Translations under genes and position numbers: made by a program
In this document: one piece after another, positions 10,410 to 21,900 of the stretch
Layout of the letters: each line of letters opens with the position of its first letter
How positions within the stretch are numbered: position 1 is the stretch's first letter
The notes under the pieces: model-generated
Told to the model about the DNA's origin: nothing
What the model saw: only the letters and a program-made list of their open reading frames with translations
The model's database searches: none
Assembly: GCA_001599295.1 (NCBI GenBank)
Contig: BCGN01000009.1
Location: 912,413 to 942,090 of the forward strand
Length of the DNA: 29,678 nucleotides
Direction: 5' to 3'
Source of the DNA: Sporopachydermia quercuum
Lineage: Eukaryota

Positions 10410-11177
10410 GAATGGAGGTTGATAAAATTCAAAGCATTTTAATAGTAATTTCCAATAGTAGTTGATGCATATATATTTTACGGTTAATAAACAACTCAGG
10501 GTACTTTATTTGAAATGTGTAAATGTTTTTTATTTAGTAAGATGTGGATTGTCGGTTTGTTCGTATGATTATATGACTGGAACCATTCACGGAGGCAGTT
10601 CTATCAGAAGTCNTGATTTGCATTATGCATATACCTAACTTACATGGAACCTACTAGATAAGATCGTACTATCGTAAAACTATTAATATTGATGAATGTT
10701 GAATCTCCGTGAAATATCGTGACAAAAAAAATGTTCAGAATGAAAACTAACAAATAGGAAAGTAAAAAGAAAAACATTGCAGTACAGCAAGTACAGCAAG
10801 CGACTATCAAAAAATAAAAACTAAGATCGTCCAGAGGAAAACAGAAAAAAACTTAATGATGATAATCCCAATTATGTCCTTAACAAATTAACACATAATG
10901 AACCCAAATAGAATGAATGATGAAATATAGCGCAAGAAAATAATGATGAGATAGAAATGTAAAGAAAACTACGATCAAAGATCAGNGCGAACAAAAATAC
11001 AATTATGAAATAAGATGAATAATGACTAAGAGTGTAGAAAGTCTTGAGAATGAAAGCTATCATCACACATATGAATGTGACTGGACACAAGCTCTCAATA
11101 GGAGGAAAGTTGAGTTCCAAACTATTGAATGGATACATTCTCAGATTTCAGATAATGTATGAACATTGATGTTGTNG

Positions 11178-12236
11178 TTACCGCTTAAGCAAACTGAGGA
11201 ACTCTTCTCGAGTCTTCTGCATCTCTCTGAATCTACCTAACATACAACTAGTTATAGTGCTACTNCCAGGTTTTTGAACACCACGAGAAACCATGCACAT
11301 ATGAGTAGCTTCAATAACAACAGCAACACCTTGAGGTTGTAAGATTTCACATAGAGCCATAGCGACTTGTTTGGTTAATCTTTCTTGAACTTGTAATCTT
11401 CTAGCATACATTTCCGCCAAACGTGCCAACTTGCTTAAGCCTAATACTCTAGAATTAGGTATATAGCCAATGTGAATTTTTCCATAGAAAGGAACCAAGT
11501 GGTGCTCACATAAACTGAAGATATCTATGTCTTTTACGATAATCATTTCATCGTGATCTTCTTCAAAGACAGCGTGTTTGATAACATCTCGAATATTATC
11601 TTCATAACCTTTGGTGAAGAAAAGCATAGCTCTAGCATATCTTTCAGGAGTTTCTAGTAAACCTTCACGCTCAGGATCTTCACCTAGTTCCGTGAGTAAT
11701 ACTTTCACAGCATCAGCAATTCTACCTTCTCTTGCTGCTGCTTCTTCAGGAGTTGACTCGATCCTCTTGCGTGCTCCAATAGAAGGCCATGATAACCCAT
11801 CATGATCTATAGGTGGATTTAATGTATATGGAGATGCAGGTCGAGTGTTTAAAGGAGTGCCATAATCAAGAAAAGCTGGTCTTTGACGTGGCCTTGAAGA
11901 GCGTGACACAGATGAATGTAAAGCGTTAGTTGGTTTAGGGGATGAAATACCATAAGGATGTGAATGACTGTTTTGATAATAAGATGCAATCTTCTTATTA
12001 ACAGCCTGCGAAATTGGCGTAGTTGCAGCAGTAGTAGTAGAAGATTCCAATCCTAAATCTTCAACATCTGAAACATCATTATTCTCTTCACTTTCTATTT
12101 CTTCTCCAACATCATCAATAGAATCATTGTTACCATTCAAGCTAACGNTCTGCAATCTTTCAATAGCAGCATTGACCTGATCTTCCTGCTCATTGTTTCC
12201 TACTCTTCCGCTGAGAATATCGTTTGATGAAACCAT
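11178..12236 (-). CDS. FOL2: GTP cyclohydrolase I, 352 aa
   Basis: [41 protein letters not shown] and [14 protein letters not shown]; fungal [15 protein letters not shown] segment. Confidence 0.96.
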   Translation of the reverse strand: MVSSNDILSGRVGNNEQEDQVNAAIERLQXVSLNGNNDSIDDVGEEIESEENNDVSDVEDLGLESSTTTAATTPISQAVNKKIASYYQNSHSHPYGISSPKPTNALHSSVSRSSRPRQRPAFLDYGTPLNTRPASPYTLNPPIDHDGLSWPSIGARKRIESTPEEAAAREGRIADAVKVLLTELGEDPEREGLLETPERYARAMLFFTKGYEDNIRDVIKHAVFEEDHDEMIIVKDIDIFSLCEHHLVPFYGKIHIGYIPNSRVLGLSKLARLAEMYARRLQVQERLTKQVAMALCEILQPQGVAVVIEATHMCMVSRGVQKPXSSTITSCMLGRFREMQKTREEFLSLLKR

Positions 12237-13066
12237 CTTTTCAACAAATGTTTCTTTATTTATTTTATGAGTTTNTATTCTTTCTCTTCAATATAAATCG
12301 AGCTCTGCTGCCAAAGAATGTTTTTCATTCACTTTTGATTCTTTCACGTATCTTGCCAATTGAAATCCATCAACCAGGGTTGAAAACACCATCAAAAACG
12401 CTTCTCTCTTAGACTTGATTCCACGAAAATCAGAAGATAACAGCCAGTAATTCCAGAAAATCAAAGGGCTTCAAATTGATATTAATCAGCAATGAGATAC
12501 TCAAGTATAATTATTTCTATCATGAATTATTCGTAAAAGAAATGTAATAAATCTGTCTGTCGCNTAAGAAAAAATTTCTGAAATATTGGGGAGGCATCCT
12601 CGACTAGGAAATAGTTCCCTGTTTGGGATGAAATATGGTAATATTACAAACATAGGATATACACACCTGATATAAGACACGAAACTCTTTTTGGAGAGGA
12701 AATCGTATATATTTCTTCTATACGAATTGATTGATACTGAATAACGAGAGATGATAAACAGAAGTATTTTAGGTCCCTTAGCAGAAAATAAAAAAGTTGA
12801 ATATGTATTAATTAGCATAATAAATTCCAGATTATTAGGTGGAAAGATGATGCACGGGTTCAAAGTGCTATTANGCTGTGGATGGGTGGATTTCAGGCTA
12901 TGTGTTTGATCTGTCATCTTATATCACAATAAGATGATCATACTAGTATAGACAATTGAAAACGCAAAACAGACCGTTGACAATGTCACAATGGTTGGAA
13001 TAGTACCGTACTTCATAGAACGAAATAGTAACTAGAATATTGAAGAGATAGATAAGTTATCTTTGG

Positions 13067-13705
13067 CTACCACCNTCTTCTACCTAGGATAGGCCCCCGT
13101 CGTACAACAGGACCAATTCTTCCCAAACCACCGCAGATTGGGCAAATACTAGGTCTTAATAGAAGCATGACACGTCCTGTACCTCTGCATCTCCCGCAGA
13201 TCACACCTCCAATAGGTCTCACTATCCTAGGACCAACTGGTACAACAATGGGTACAGGNGCCACCACTACGGGTGAAGCATGACTCTTGGAAGAAGAGGA
13301 CCTTTTTGAACGATAATTGGGATCAAATTTCTCGTAGCAGTCATAACAAGGTTTGCCATCTTTCAGTCTTCTACCTGTATTTTGACATTTAGTGCACCAA
13401 AAATTAGGCGGGTATGAAAATGGGAGATCGTAATCTTGTAGGTGTTGGTTGTGGGCACTAGGGTGAGAAGGTGGAGGAGTTCTTGCTTCTCCTCTCGGAG
13501 GAGGTGGAGGAGCAAGTGTGCTGTTTGCTCGAGACTTTGGTTCAGGACTTGCAGATCTCTCGGGAGGTGGTGCTGAATGTGGTCTGGCTGGATATGGCGG
13601 TTGGTGCTCTTCTGTGTACGGTGGTGGCTCTTCTCCGTGGAAATCCTCTTCATATGTGGCCCCAGGGACATTGAGATAGTCACTTTGTCTACTTGATTTA
13701 GACAT
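13067..13705 (-). CDS. HUA1: Proline-rich protein with DnaJ-type zinc-finger repeats (Hua1-like), 212 aa
   Basis: N-terminal PPPY; YPPNFWCTKCQNTG...CYDC; CGRCRGTG and CPICGGLG (CxxCxGxG). Adjacent to FOL2 in the same orientation as in S. cerevisiae. Confidence 0.85.
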   Translation of the reverse strand: MSKSSRQSDYLNVPGATYEEDFHGEEPPPYTEEHQPPYPARPHSAPPPERSASPEPKSRANSTLAPPPPPRGEARTPPPSHPSAHNQHLQDYDLPFSYPPNFWCTKCQNTGRRLKDGKPCYDCYEKFDPNYRSKRSSSSKSHASPVVVXPVPIVVPVGPRIVRPIGGVICGRCRGTGRVMLLLRPSICPICGGLGRIGPVVRRGPILGRRXW

Positions 13706-14142
13706 ATTAAGTTAAGTGGATATATATTCCTTGTGATGCAATTCAGTTGATTTCAATGAAATTCTTTTCAATTGAGCTTCCCTTGTCGTGTTACTGATTT
13801 ACAAGACAACCGATACAAGGTTAAAATATAAATATAAAGCTTAGCAGATATAGTGCTCCTCTTCATTAATAGTTAAACCATCAATATANTGATCCATCTT
13901 GGAGTATTTATAGGAGAAATATATCCCACAACTGGAGGAGGAATGATTATTATATCAGTTGAAATATTCGAAAGTTATGGGGAATAGAGTCTCAGCCTCT
14001 GTTTCTTTGCATTCTCTACTTAATAAGGTTAAGCTTTTATTTTAAGTTTGAGTCAAGTTATGCATGGAAGTTGCATTTTAATTTCAGTTTCTGAATAATG
14101 GTGGGTAAGGAAGGAGGAGAAAAATATATGATATTCATTTAA

Positions 14143-14168
14143 TTGATTGCAACNATNGTTGCAATCAA
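14143..14168. repeat. Perfect 11-bp inverted repeat with a 4-nt spacer
   Basis: TTGATTGCAAC-natn-GTTGCAATCAA. Confidence 0.85.
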
Positions 14169-14786
14169 CTGTTTGTTAAGTGAGATTTAAGTGTTATTCT
14201 GTTTTCCTATGCATTGGAAGAGGATTCGATGGTTCACTTTTTGGAATGAAACTATCACTGGACCAAGTAACTATGAAGTTCTGGATTTCAGAATGTCAGC
14301 CTTGCTTTTGTTATCAGAGATNCGAGTGGTTGTTANTTTCCAATTGAACAGCGACCTCTTTATAAATAATTATTGCTTACTCAACTCAAAATCCGATTCT
14401 CTAGTATTGAAGAGCTGGTCTATATGGACTTCTTCGTTTAATATGGTGGATTTCTCGACACAGTGTTGAACACCATAAGTCCTTGTAAATAAAGTTTTCA
14501 ATGACTACTAATTCGTACATTGAGTTCATAGTGAGNGAACAAAGCCTCTTTCTAGGAAGGAGGACAACATTTTGCCTGATCGGCCACATTCATTTCGAAA
14601 CTCAATACCAATCCCCTCCACCATTTCACATAACGGAAAACTGGGTTCACTGCNTGCATGCTTTTTCCTTTTTTTTCTTCTCAATTAAGAATAGATGGTT
14701 CAAAATTCAAGAGTATGCAGTTATTANTCATATACTCCCGGAGTTAAAGTTGCCTGCCGATATTCATCTTTCCTGGATCGCATATG

Positions 14787-14817
14787 ATAATGAGAACAAT
14801 ATAATGAGAACAATATA
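14787..14817. repeat. Tandem 14-bp duplication carrying HMG-box (Rox1-type) ATTGTTCTC cores on the - strand
   Basis: ATAATGAGAACAAT x2 followed by ATA. Confidence 0.7.
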
Positions 14818-15244
14818 CAGCATGATACCTTAGGAGAAATAGAAAAGTATTCCACCAGTACCTGATTAAATACTTCTTTATCCATCATCTAACATAGTAA
14901 TAAATTTATGAGTTCCTCAATGCTATTATGCGTCTTCATTTCACGAATCATACTTTCTTTGATCACATGACAAACATGTGATTTAATTATCTCCGGTATT
15001 TTTGGTAATAGTATTTCGTTNCCAAAAATTCGTCCCTTTTTGAGATACGACATAATCAGAACGAGCCAAGCAAGCATCNAAACATCAATTGATTACTGTA
15101 GTGTTCCTATAACGAATCAGCTTACGTAATAATCCTAGCAGTAAGCGTTTGACAGCTATAAGCTCTTTAATATTGAAGTANTACTACCAGGAGGGAGGTT
15201 ATTGTTAGATCTTTGTGTTAAGATTTTTGTCATCGGTGGACAGG

Positions 15245-16138
15245 ATGTGGTTATCAGAACGCCAAAGTAAGAAATGAGCTGGATGGTATAATGGGATGAT
15301 AAGGTGGATCTTGGGAAGTTTGTTGAATAGAAGTAAAATACTAACACAATTCATTTTATTTTACTACTAGAATTTGGTGTCGGCTTCACGGTTGCTGGTA
15401 TGTCATGAATTTATTTGCTTCCCCAATTGACACGCTCAATGTTCGGCTGGTTGGCTTTTGAAAAGATTCTAACGTGGTTTCCTAGGATGCACATTCCTTT
15501 TTTTTGGAATTATTACTTTTTTCGATGGAGCATTATTGGCTTTGGGAAATGTAAGTATATGAAAGTTGTAAAATTAAGTTGATTCTATAATCTGGAAAAT
15601 TTGGTAAGCGTAGCTAATAGCAAGACTACTGACATACATACTTTCTGATAGCTCGTNTTCATAATTGGTGTCACACTTATTATCGGACCACAGAAAACTG
15701 TTGCATTTTTCACCAGGCCATCTAAAATCAGAGGATCAATATGCTTCGTTCTAGGGATCTTTGTTATTCTGCTAAAGCATCCTTTCATAGGGTTTGTTAT
15801 TGAAAGCGTTGGTATATTATCGTTGTTTGGGTACGTTTTCTATTGGGTTGAGTTAAAGATATTTGAAGTTCTTTAATGGATAGTAATACTAACAAGAAGG
15901 TTAATTTTATTTAATTTTGATTGCAGCGATTTCTTTTCTATAATTATAGCGTTCTTGAGATCATTGCCAATCATTGGACCAGTTTTATCAAATCCAGCAA
16001 TTGCGCCAGTAAGTTTGAATTGGAGACTAAGATTAAGTCTTGAGGAGCTTGTTTACGATAAGGAACATGGGCTGTTGATACTAATTTGGTTTCTAGACTA
16101 TTGATAGACTTGCTGGTGTTCGTGTACTGCCCGTGTAG
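15245..16138 (+). CDS. GOT1: Golgi transport protein Got1; join(15245..15266,15371..15397,15486..15550,15652..15830,15927..16008,16097..16138), 138 aa
   Basis: Manual splicing gives 417 nt in frame: [17 protein letters not shown]...[11 protein letters not shown]...[20 protein letters not shown]...LFGDFF...[32 protein letters not shown], collinear with yeast Got1. All five introns are GT..AG with branch sites. Confidence 0.95.
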
Positions 16139-16993
16139 TCAAATGATAGTGGTTAAGATATTGAATGGATATAGAAACGGGAGTCGTTATGTTGATGGTG
16201 TATTAAATCTGTGCATAAGTAAACAACTTAATTAAAATCGGGAAAGGGCTTATAATAATAATACTTCGATAGCTTTTTATCAATCTTTTGATGTATATTT
16301 TCCCTTGATCTCGACTACCTTGCTTTGGTGGTGCTGATTGAAGATTTTGACTACATGATACATGTGACTAGAAATGATTGTGCGTTGTACCTGCATGTGT
16401 ACTAGACATCAACTTTTGCGATAAAATGAATAGTTGGCTTGAATAATCATTATTAGTCATCGTATTTATGACATTATATGATATGTATTGAATGCCTTTG
16501 TTGATAGTCAATTGTGAATAGCCCAAATTCCGGAATTGATAGGATGTTTTTCATACGAATCCTTAGGAATCATCAGGGATCTCAGAGTACTCGAAGCTTC
16601 TAAGCCATTGCCGACTTTGTCAGTCGAATAATCAATTGTTATTCTTCCAAAATGCTCTGCTATTTTCATATATAGTTCATTTCTCGTAGTAATAATGATC
16701 TTTTCATTATTCTTTCAAAAATATGATCCCATACTCCTCAAATATCGGATAACATAACAATTCTCAATCGGAGATAATACTTTATTCATTTCCATCATAG
16801 TCTCCGAAATTCTCTTGCATATTAATCATAAATGTTAAAAAAATTTGTTTACTATGAGAAGCGCTNTTCCCTTCTACTTTACTGCTATTTCTCTATTATC
16901 GCGTGAATGTTCTTAGTTACCATCCATGAAATACGAGCTACAACAAGTTGTTAAATTCATTGATTAGACTTCATATTGTATTACAATAGCATA

Positions 16994-17767
16994 ATGAATC
17001 GTGCGGAAAGAAGACGTCAAAATAGAAATCACCAAACTACAGGTGAAGTGGGTCTGCCTCAATCATCGGGAATCTCTAAACTGAAGAAGAAGATAAGAGA
17101 TATCGAAAGACTGTTGAAGAAAAGAGGGGACAAGATGGACGCCGTTGCAAAGCTTGAGAACGAAAGAGCTTTGGCTGCACTTAAGGAAGAAATTTCTAAT
17201 GCGGAATTAGATAAAAAGGCGAAAGAGCTTGGTAAGAAGTATCATATGGTCAGGTTCTTTGAAAGAAAGAAAGCAGTAAGAGGTATCAAGCAAACCGAAA
17301 AGGCTTTGGCAGAGGCAACTTCACAATCTGAGAAGAAAGAACTGGGGGCTAAATTAGAAGAAAAAAAGATTGATCTGGCATATGTGCTGAATTTTCCAAA
17401 GTTCGAGAAATATATTTCACTATATCCTGTGCAGAATCAGAATAAAAATGCTACGGAAGACGATGCGACGTCAGAGCAGCAAAAGGTGACTGATGAGAAG
17501 AAAAAAGAATTCAGAGAAAAAATGAAGCAAATGATGGCTGACGGTAGATTACCTGTTGCTATTGAGCCTTACTTAGTACAGTCAAAGAAAGGTGAATTAT
17601 CGAATAGAAGCTCAAATAAAAGTATTGATGATTCCAGCATAAGGAAAGAATATCTACAACAACACAATAAGAAGAACAATGGAGATGAAGATAAAGCAAA
17701 CGATGATAGTGATGATGGCGCTGAGGAAGGAGATGCAGATGGAGACGATAGTGATTTCTTTGAATAA
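16994..17767 (+). CDS. EFG1: rRNA-processing protein Efg1, 257 aa (first ATG at 16994)
   Basis: KLKKKIRDIERLL, KKYHMVRFFERKKA and YVLNFPKFEKYISLY; acidic tail ending DFFE. Convergent with SLH1 as in S. cerevisiae. Confidence 0.93.
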   Translation: MNRAERRRQNRNHQTTGEVGLPQSSGISKLKKKIRDIERLLKKRGDKMDAVAKLENERALAALKEEISNAELDKKAKELGKKYHMVRFFERKKAVRGIKQTEKALAEATSQSEKKELGAKLEEKKIDLAYVLNFPKFEKYISLYPVQNQNKNATEDDATSEQQKVTDEKKKEFREKMKQMMADGRLPVAIEPYLVQSKKGELSNRSSNKSIDDSSIRKEYLQQHNKKNNGDEDKANDDSDDGAEEGDADGDDSDFFE

Positions 17768-18502
17768 ATGTATTTTCGATTAGAAGAGCTCAAGGCATCA
17801 TGATTAGGTGTGTAATTGACAATGGTTTGAATTAAGACCGAAAGAACAAGCAATTCAAACGTCAGGAAGATACTACTTCAATTCAGTCATGCAGTTACTG
17901 ATTTGATTGGTTATTTGTTTGTTTTAGCATTCTAGCATAAGAATGATTTACTCGATTGCCATTCATGACCATCAGAGTGACTGTACTTGTATGAACGATA
18001 GAGTCAATCTAATGGTTGGATACAAGGATGAAAGACATAAGATGATAAAAGATAATTCAATTATGCATTACTGATTTACTATGTATAATTAATGATTATG
18101 GAATTTTTAGTATTTCTGATCAAATGGTTTAACTCTTATTGGTCGTTTTTTGTTTGTTCTAAATATCTACAGTGGTTAATAGTTGCTATTGCTTGCTGAC
18201 TTGGTTACTTTCAAGAGCGAACAAAAGAGCAAACAAGAGCAAACAGAAGCAACTATGAAAGATCATCAATTTTCTTATGGATTCAGGGGAAGAAGATTTG
18301 AAGTGTACGATCATATCGGATGATGGTATATACTAGTAATGGTATGATATTGTTAGTATACCATGAATAATCATTGCAGCCAAGCCAAACCCTTCTCTTC
18401 TCTAACTGAAGGAGAATAATTTATTGGTGGTTGTTACTAGTGTCCTGTTTTTATTCTAGTTCATAATTAACAATGTATATATGGTGCTTGAAGAAGAAGA
18501 CA

Positions 18503-18577
18503 GCGGTAGAATTGGTAGACAGAATCCACTTGAGATGAATTGCATTACAGCATGAAGGTTCGATTCCTTTTATAGCA
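18503..18577 (+). pseudogene. Mitochondrial-type tRNA-Leu pseudogene (NUMT), 5' acceptor strand missing
   Basis: GGTAGAATTGGTAGACA...CTTGAGA...TTACAGCATGAAGGTTCGATTCCTTTTATAGCA closely resembles yeast mt tRNA-Leu(UAA), including the long variable arm. The anticodon loop now reads TGA. Confidence 0.78.
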
Positions 18578-18587
18578 TATAATTAAC

Positions 18588-18659
18588 TGAACGTTGACTA
18601 ATAGGTAAGTCATCTGAATTTGAGTCAGATCTATGTAAGTTCGAATCTTGCCAATTCAA
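18588..18659 (+). pseudogene. Mitochondrial-type tRNA-Gln(UUG) copy (NUMT)
   Basis: D arm GACT/AGTC, anticodon stem TCTGA/TCAGA with TTG at 18620-18622, T arm GTAAG-TTCGAAT-CTTGC. The acceptor is damaged (TGAACG vs CAATTCA). GACTAATAGGTAAGT matches yeast mt tRNA-Gln as recalled. Confidence 0.85.
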
Positions 18660-18953
18660 AGCCATGGAATATTATTTAGCGACTCAACAGTAGTTCTAAT
18701 TCATACTCTAAAAAAAAATCATACTCTGTGTATCTATGACCACAGCAGTTATTACCACTGAAATAATGAAGTCATTCATTCCATAAGATGTACTAGAGTA
18801 TTTTGAACACATATTTAATACTTCTTCACGATTTTGCATAAAAGCAGAGTAAGATGATTGCCAGTTCAACATTGTGCAATTACTGCTAGTAGTAATAGTA
18901 TTTCCAAAATAATCTCGTACATCATCTCTTTGAACTTCTACTGCTCAAAAACA

Positions 18954-21900
18954 TTAGACTAGGTTAACGTCAACAGTATAACTTATTTCCATAGCATCGT
19001 TTATAAAGAACACTTGAACAGTTTTACCAACAAGTTCAGGAGGAATCAAAAGTTTAGTTGATATTTCTATTGACCGGCCAGCGAATCTAGGACCACATCT
19101 TTTGAGCAAATAGACCTCATCATCAATAGTGGAACCAACTATTATGAACCACGATTCCTTCTGAGCTTTTGGGAATTTCGGCGTATACATTTTGAAATCC
19201 TTTGACAGTGTTCCCGTGCTATGATGAGTTAATGTACAATGCAATTCTTTACTTGCTTGTCCTGCTGAAGCAGCATCTTTTTTCGTTGATACTGAAACTG
19301 AGACTTCACCGGTAGGAAGTGCCTTTACTATTCTGATGAATTCATTACTTGAGCTTCTAGCAACTCTTAGTTTTTTGACTAGTTGTTCTTTTTCACGAGT
19401 AGCAAGTGAGCCAATAGAATTCAGCCCAGAAAACAATAACTTATCAAGTCTTTGAGGCTGCTGATTACTATCAAAAACAGTATAAAATTCATCGCTATTT
19501 CCTTTCTCTTTCAACCGCACACCAGGCAAGTTTGTCACAGCATCATTCGCAAAAGTAATTCGCTGTTTAATACATCGCATTACCCATACGAACATCAATA
19601 ACGTACTAAGCATTTGAACGCCAACCTCAGCGCATACATCTATATATGCTTGTAAGATTCTTAGTGCTTGATCAAGAACAGCTAGATTGTCTTGTGCGTA
19701 ATCAGCAATTGGTAATTCTATTCTACCCATATAAGCCTGTAACAACAAAAATGCTTTCACGTGAGGATCCCACATAAAAGTATTGAATTCTTCCCCTGAA
19801 TAAGGGACTTCTTGAGATAGTTCAATATTGATCAAATCTTCATTATGACGAGTGGAAAGTTCATCATATTCTGTTGCTTCACATAGAAGCCTCAGACATT
19901 CTTTGAACGAGGCTCTAGGTTTTAATTTTTCTAACACATTTCTGATAGTCTTATGAGATAAATAATAGTAACTGGCTATTTTAAGGTAAGGGGTTGGTCT
20001 CAAATTGATGTCATCAAGTAAGTTCAAACATGAGGATTCACCTAAAGCATTCAAAGCCTCATCAACCATTGAAACCATATATTGATTGATACCAGCGACA
20101 GAGACTTCTTCGATTCCATAATAAGTGGGATTATTATGTAGCCGACGGAACAAGAACGTCCAGGTAAGAAATTCCAATGCCTGTTGTCTAGTTGTAAGTA
20201 CCCCAGAAGCAATCTCAGCACCTAAATGATCAGCCAACACTTTATGAAGAGATGATTCTACTGGGAATCCAACGTTCAAAAAATGCTTGTAAAACGTCTT
20301 CTTGCTTTCCTTTGTATAAACTATAGCGGTACCACTTGTATCAAAAGCTGGTCTGCCAGCACGACCCATCATTTGGAGAATATCTGTTAGCTCCATGTCT
20401 TTATAAGCTTCAATTTTCATGTCGAAGAACTGTGTGCCTTTGATTATAACTAAATGGGCTGGGAGGTTGACACCCCAGGCCAAAGTGCTTGTTGCAATCA
20501 ATATTTGAATTTTGTTGCTAGCAAATAACTGGTGAGAGAGCTTTCGATCGCTTTCTACTAATCCAGCATGATGGAGGCCTATTCCGAACTGCAGTGCTAA
20601 TTTCAATGTCTCGTCGTCAGCTCTGTTAACAGCTGCTTCTAATTCGTCGTCAGACATATGAAGGAATCTTCTTGGATTCTGTTCCATACCTATAAGATGG
20701 ATTAGATCCTGTGCAGTCAATCTTGTTTGTCTTCTTGATGCAACGAATATGAGAACCGGTTTATCAGGCGAATGAGACTTTATAGCAAGAAAAGCTGGTT
20801 TATTCATTGCTTGCATTAACGGACAGAACGCTAGATTGTCAGGAAATCCATCGATATACATTTGTAGTGGGACAGGCCTGACCGATTGTGAGAAATTAAA
20901 CAATCCTTCTTTAACGCCCAGCCATCCTGCCATATCTTCAGTGTTGGATACTGCAGTGGAAAGACCTAACAACCGAATATTCCTTCCAATTTTTGTTGAC
21001 AGGAAATTCATCCGCGATACAATCATTTCTAAAATAGGTCCTCTATCGCTTGCCAACAAATGGATCTCATCCATGATAACCAATGAGACATCCTGAACGA
21101 ATTTCCTCGATTGCCAATGACGGGAAATGCCATCGAACTTTTCCGGCGTGGTAATAATGATATCAGCTTCTCTCACCAAATGAGCTTCAGGTGAAGAATC
21201 ACCGGTTAATTCTACTAAATGTCTACCAGTACGAGCAGCAAGGCCAGTACTCCAATCGTCAACTCTTTCTCTAACCAAAGCTTTCATTGGAGCAATATAA
21301 ACAACTTTCGACCCAGGATACTTTTTAAAAGCTCTCCAAATTGCTAGTTCGGCTACAATTGTTTTACCGGAACCTGTGGGCGATCCAACAAATACATTCC
21401 CATCAGTGTTGTATAGAGTATGGAATGCCATGGTCTGCATTGGATTGAAATAGCGGAATTTTGGTTGATATAAGGCTTCAATTTGAGCATCATGCAAAGC
21501 AGTTATAGGTAAAGGCTGTAAAGGCAATAATCTGGTGATAATAGGATTGTTATGAGGTCTGATCAAATGCTGAAATGAAACAGCCGTTACTGTTTCTGAA
21601 CCAATCCAAGTATCCGATAGAACCCGGATATTAACTTGTGGTGGTAGCGGATCAGCCAAAGGGATCATGAAATCCAATGCATGCCTTTGATCGCACCCTG
21701 CTTGTCTTCTATTGAGGACAAATTTCTCCACGTGGTAAATTGTGTTGCTCACTGAGTCTTCCGCCCATACCCAAAAGAATAAAGCTGTACCATGAAACCT
21801 GACATCCCATTTGAACTCAGGCGTGAGTTCTAAATGAACTCTCAGCACATTCTTGGTGATAGGCAAACATTCTGCTGTAACACCAATAGTTGGAAACCTG

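Noticed and set aside
12501..12917. 138-aa ORF between FOL2 and HUA1 (also 10872-11138 and the ORFs at 14191-15347)
   Set aside because: F/I/L/S-rich translations typical of AT-rich intergenic DNA, with no motifs.
18040..18120. Possible C/D snoRNA (ATGATA...CTGA...ATGATT...CTGA)
   Set aside because: Imperfect C boxes, no terminal stem and no convincing rRNA guide adjacent to a D box.
18225..18252. AGAGCAAACA-like short repeats
   Set aside because: Ordinary degenerate minisatellite; no spacers and not CRISPR-like.
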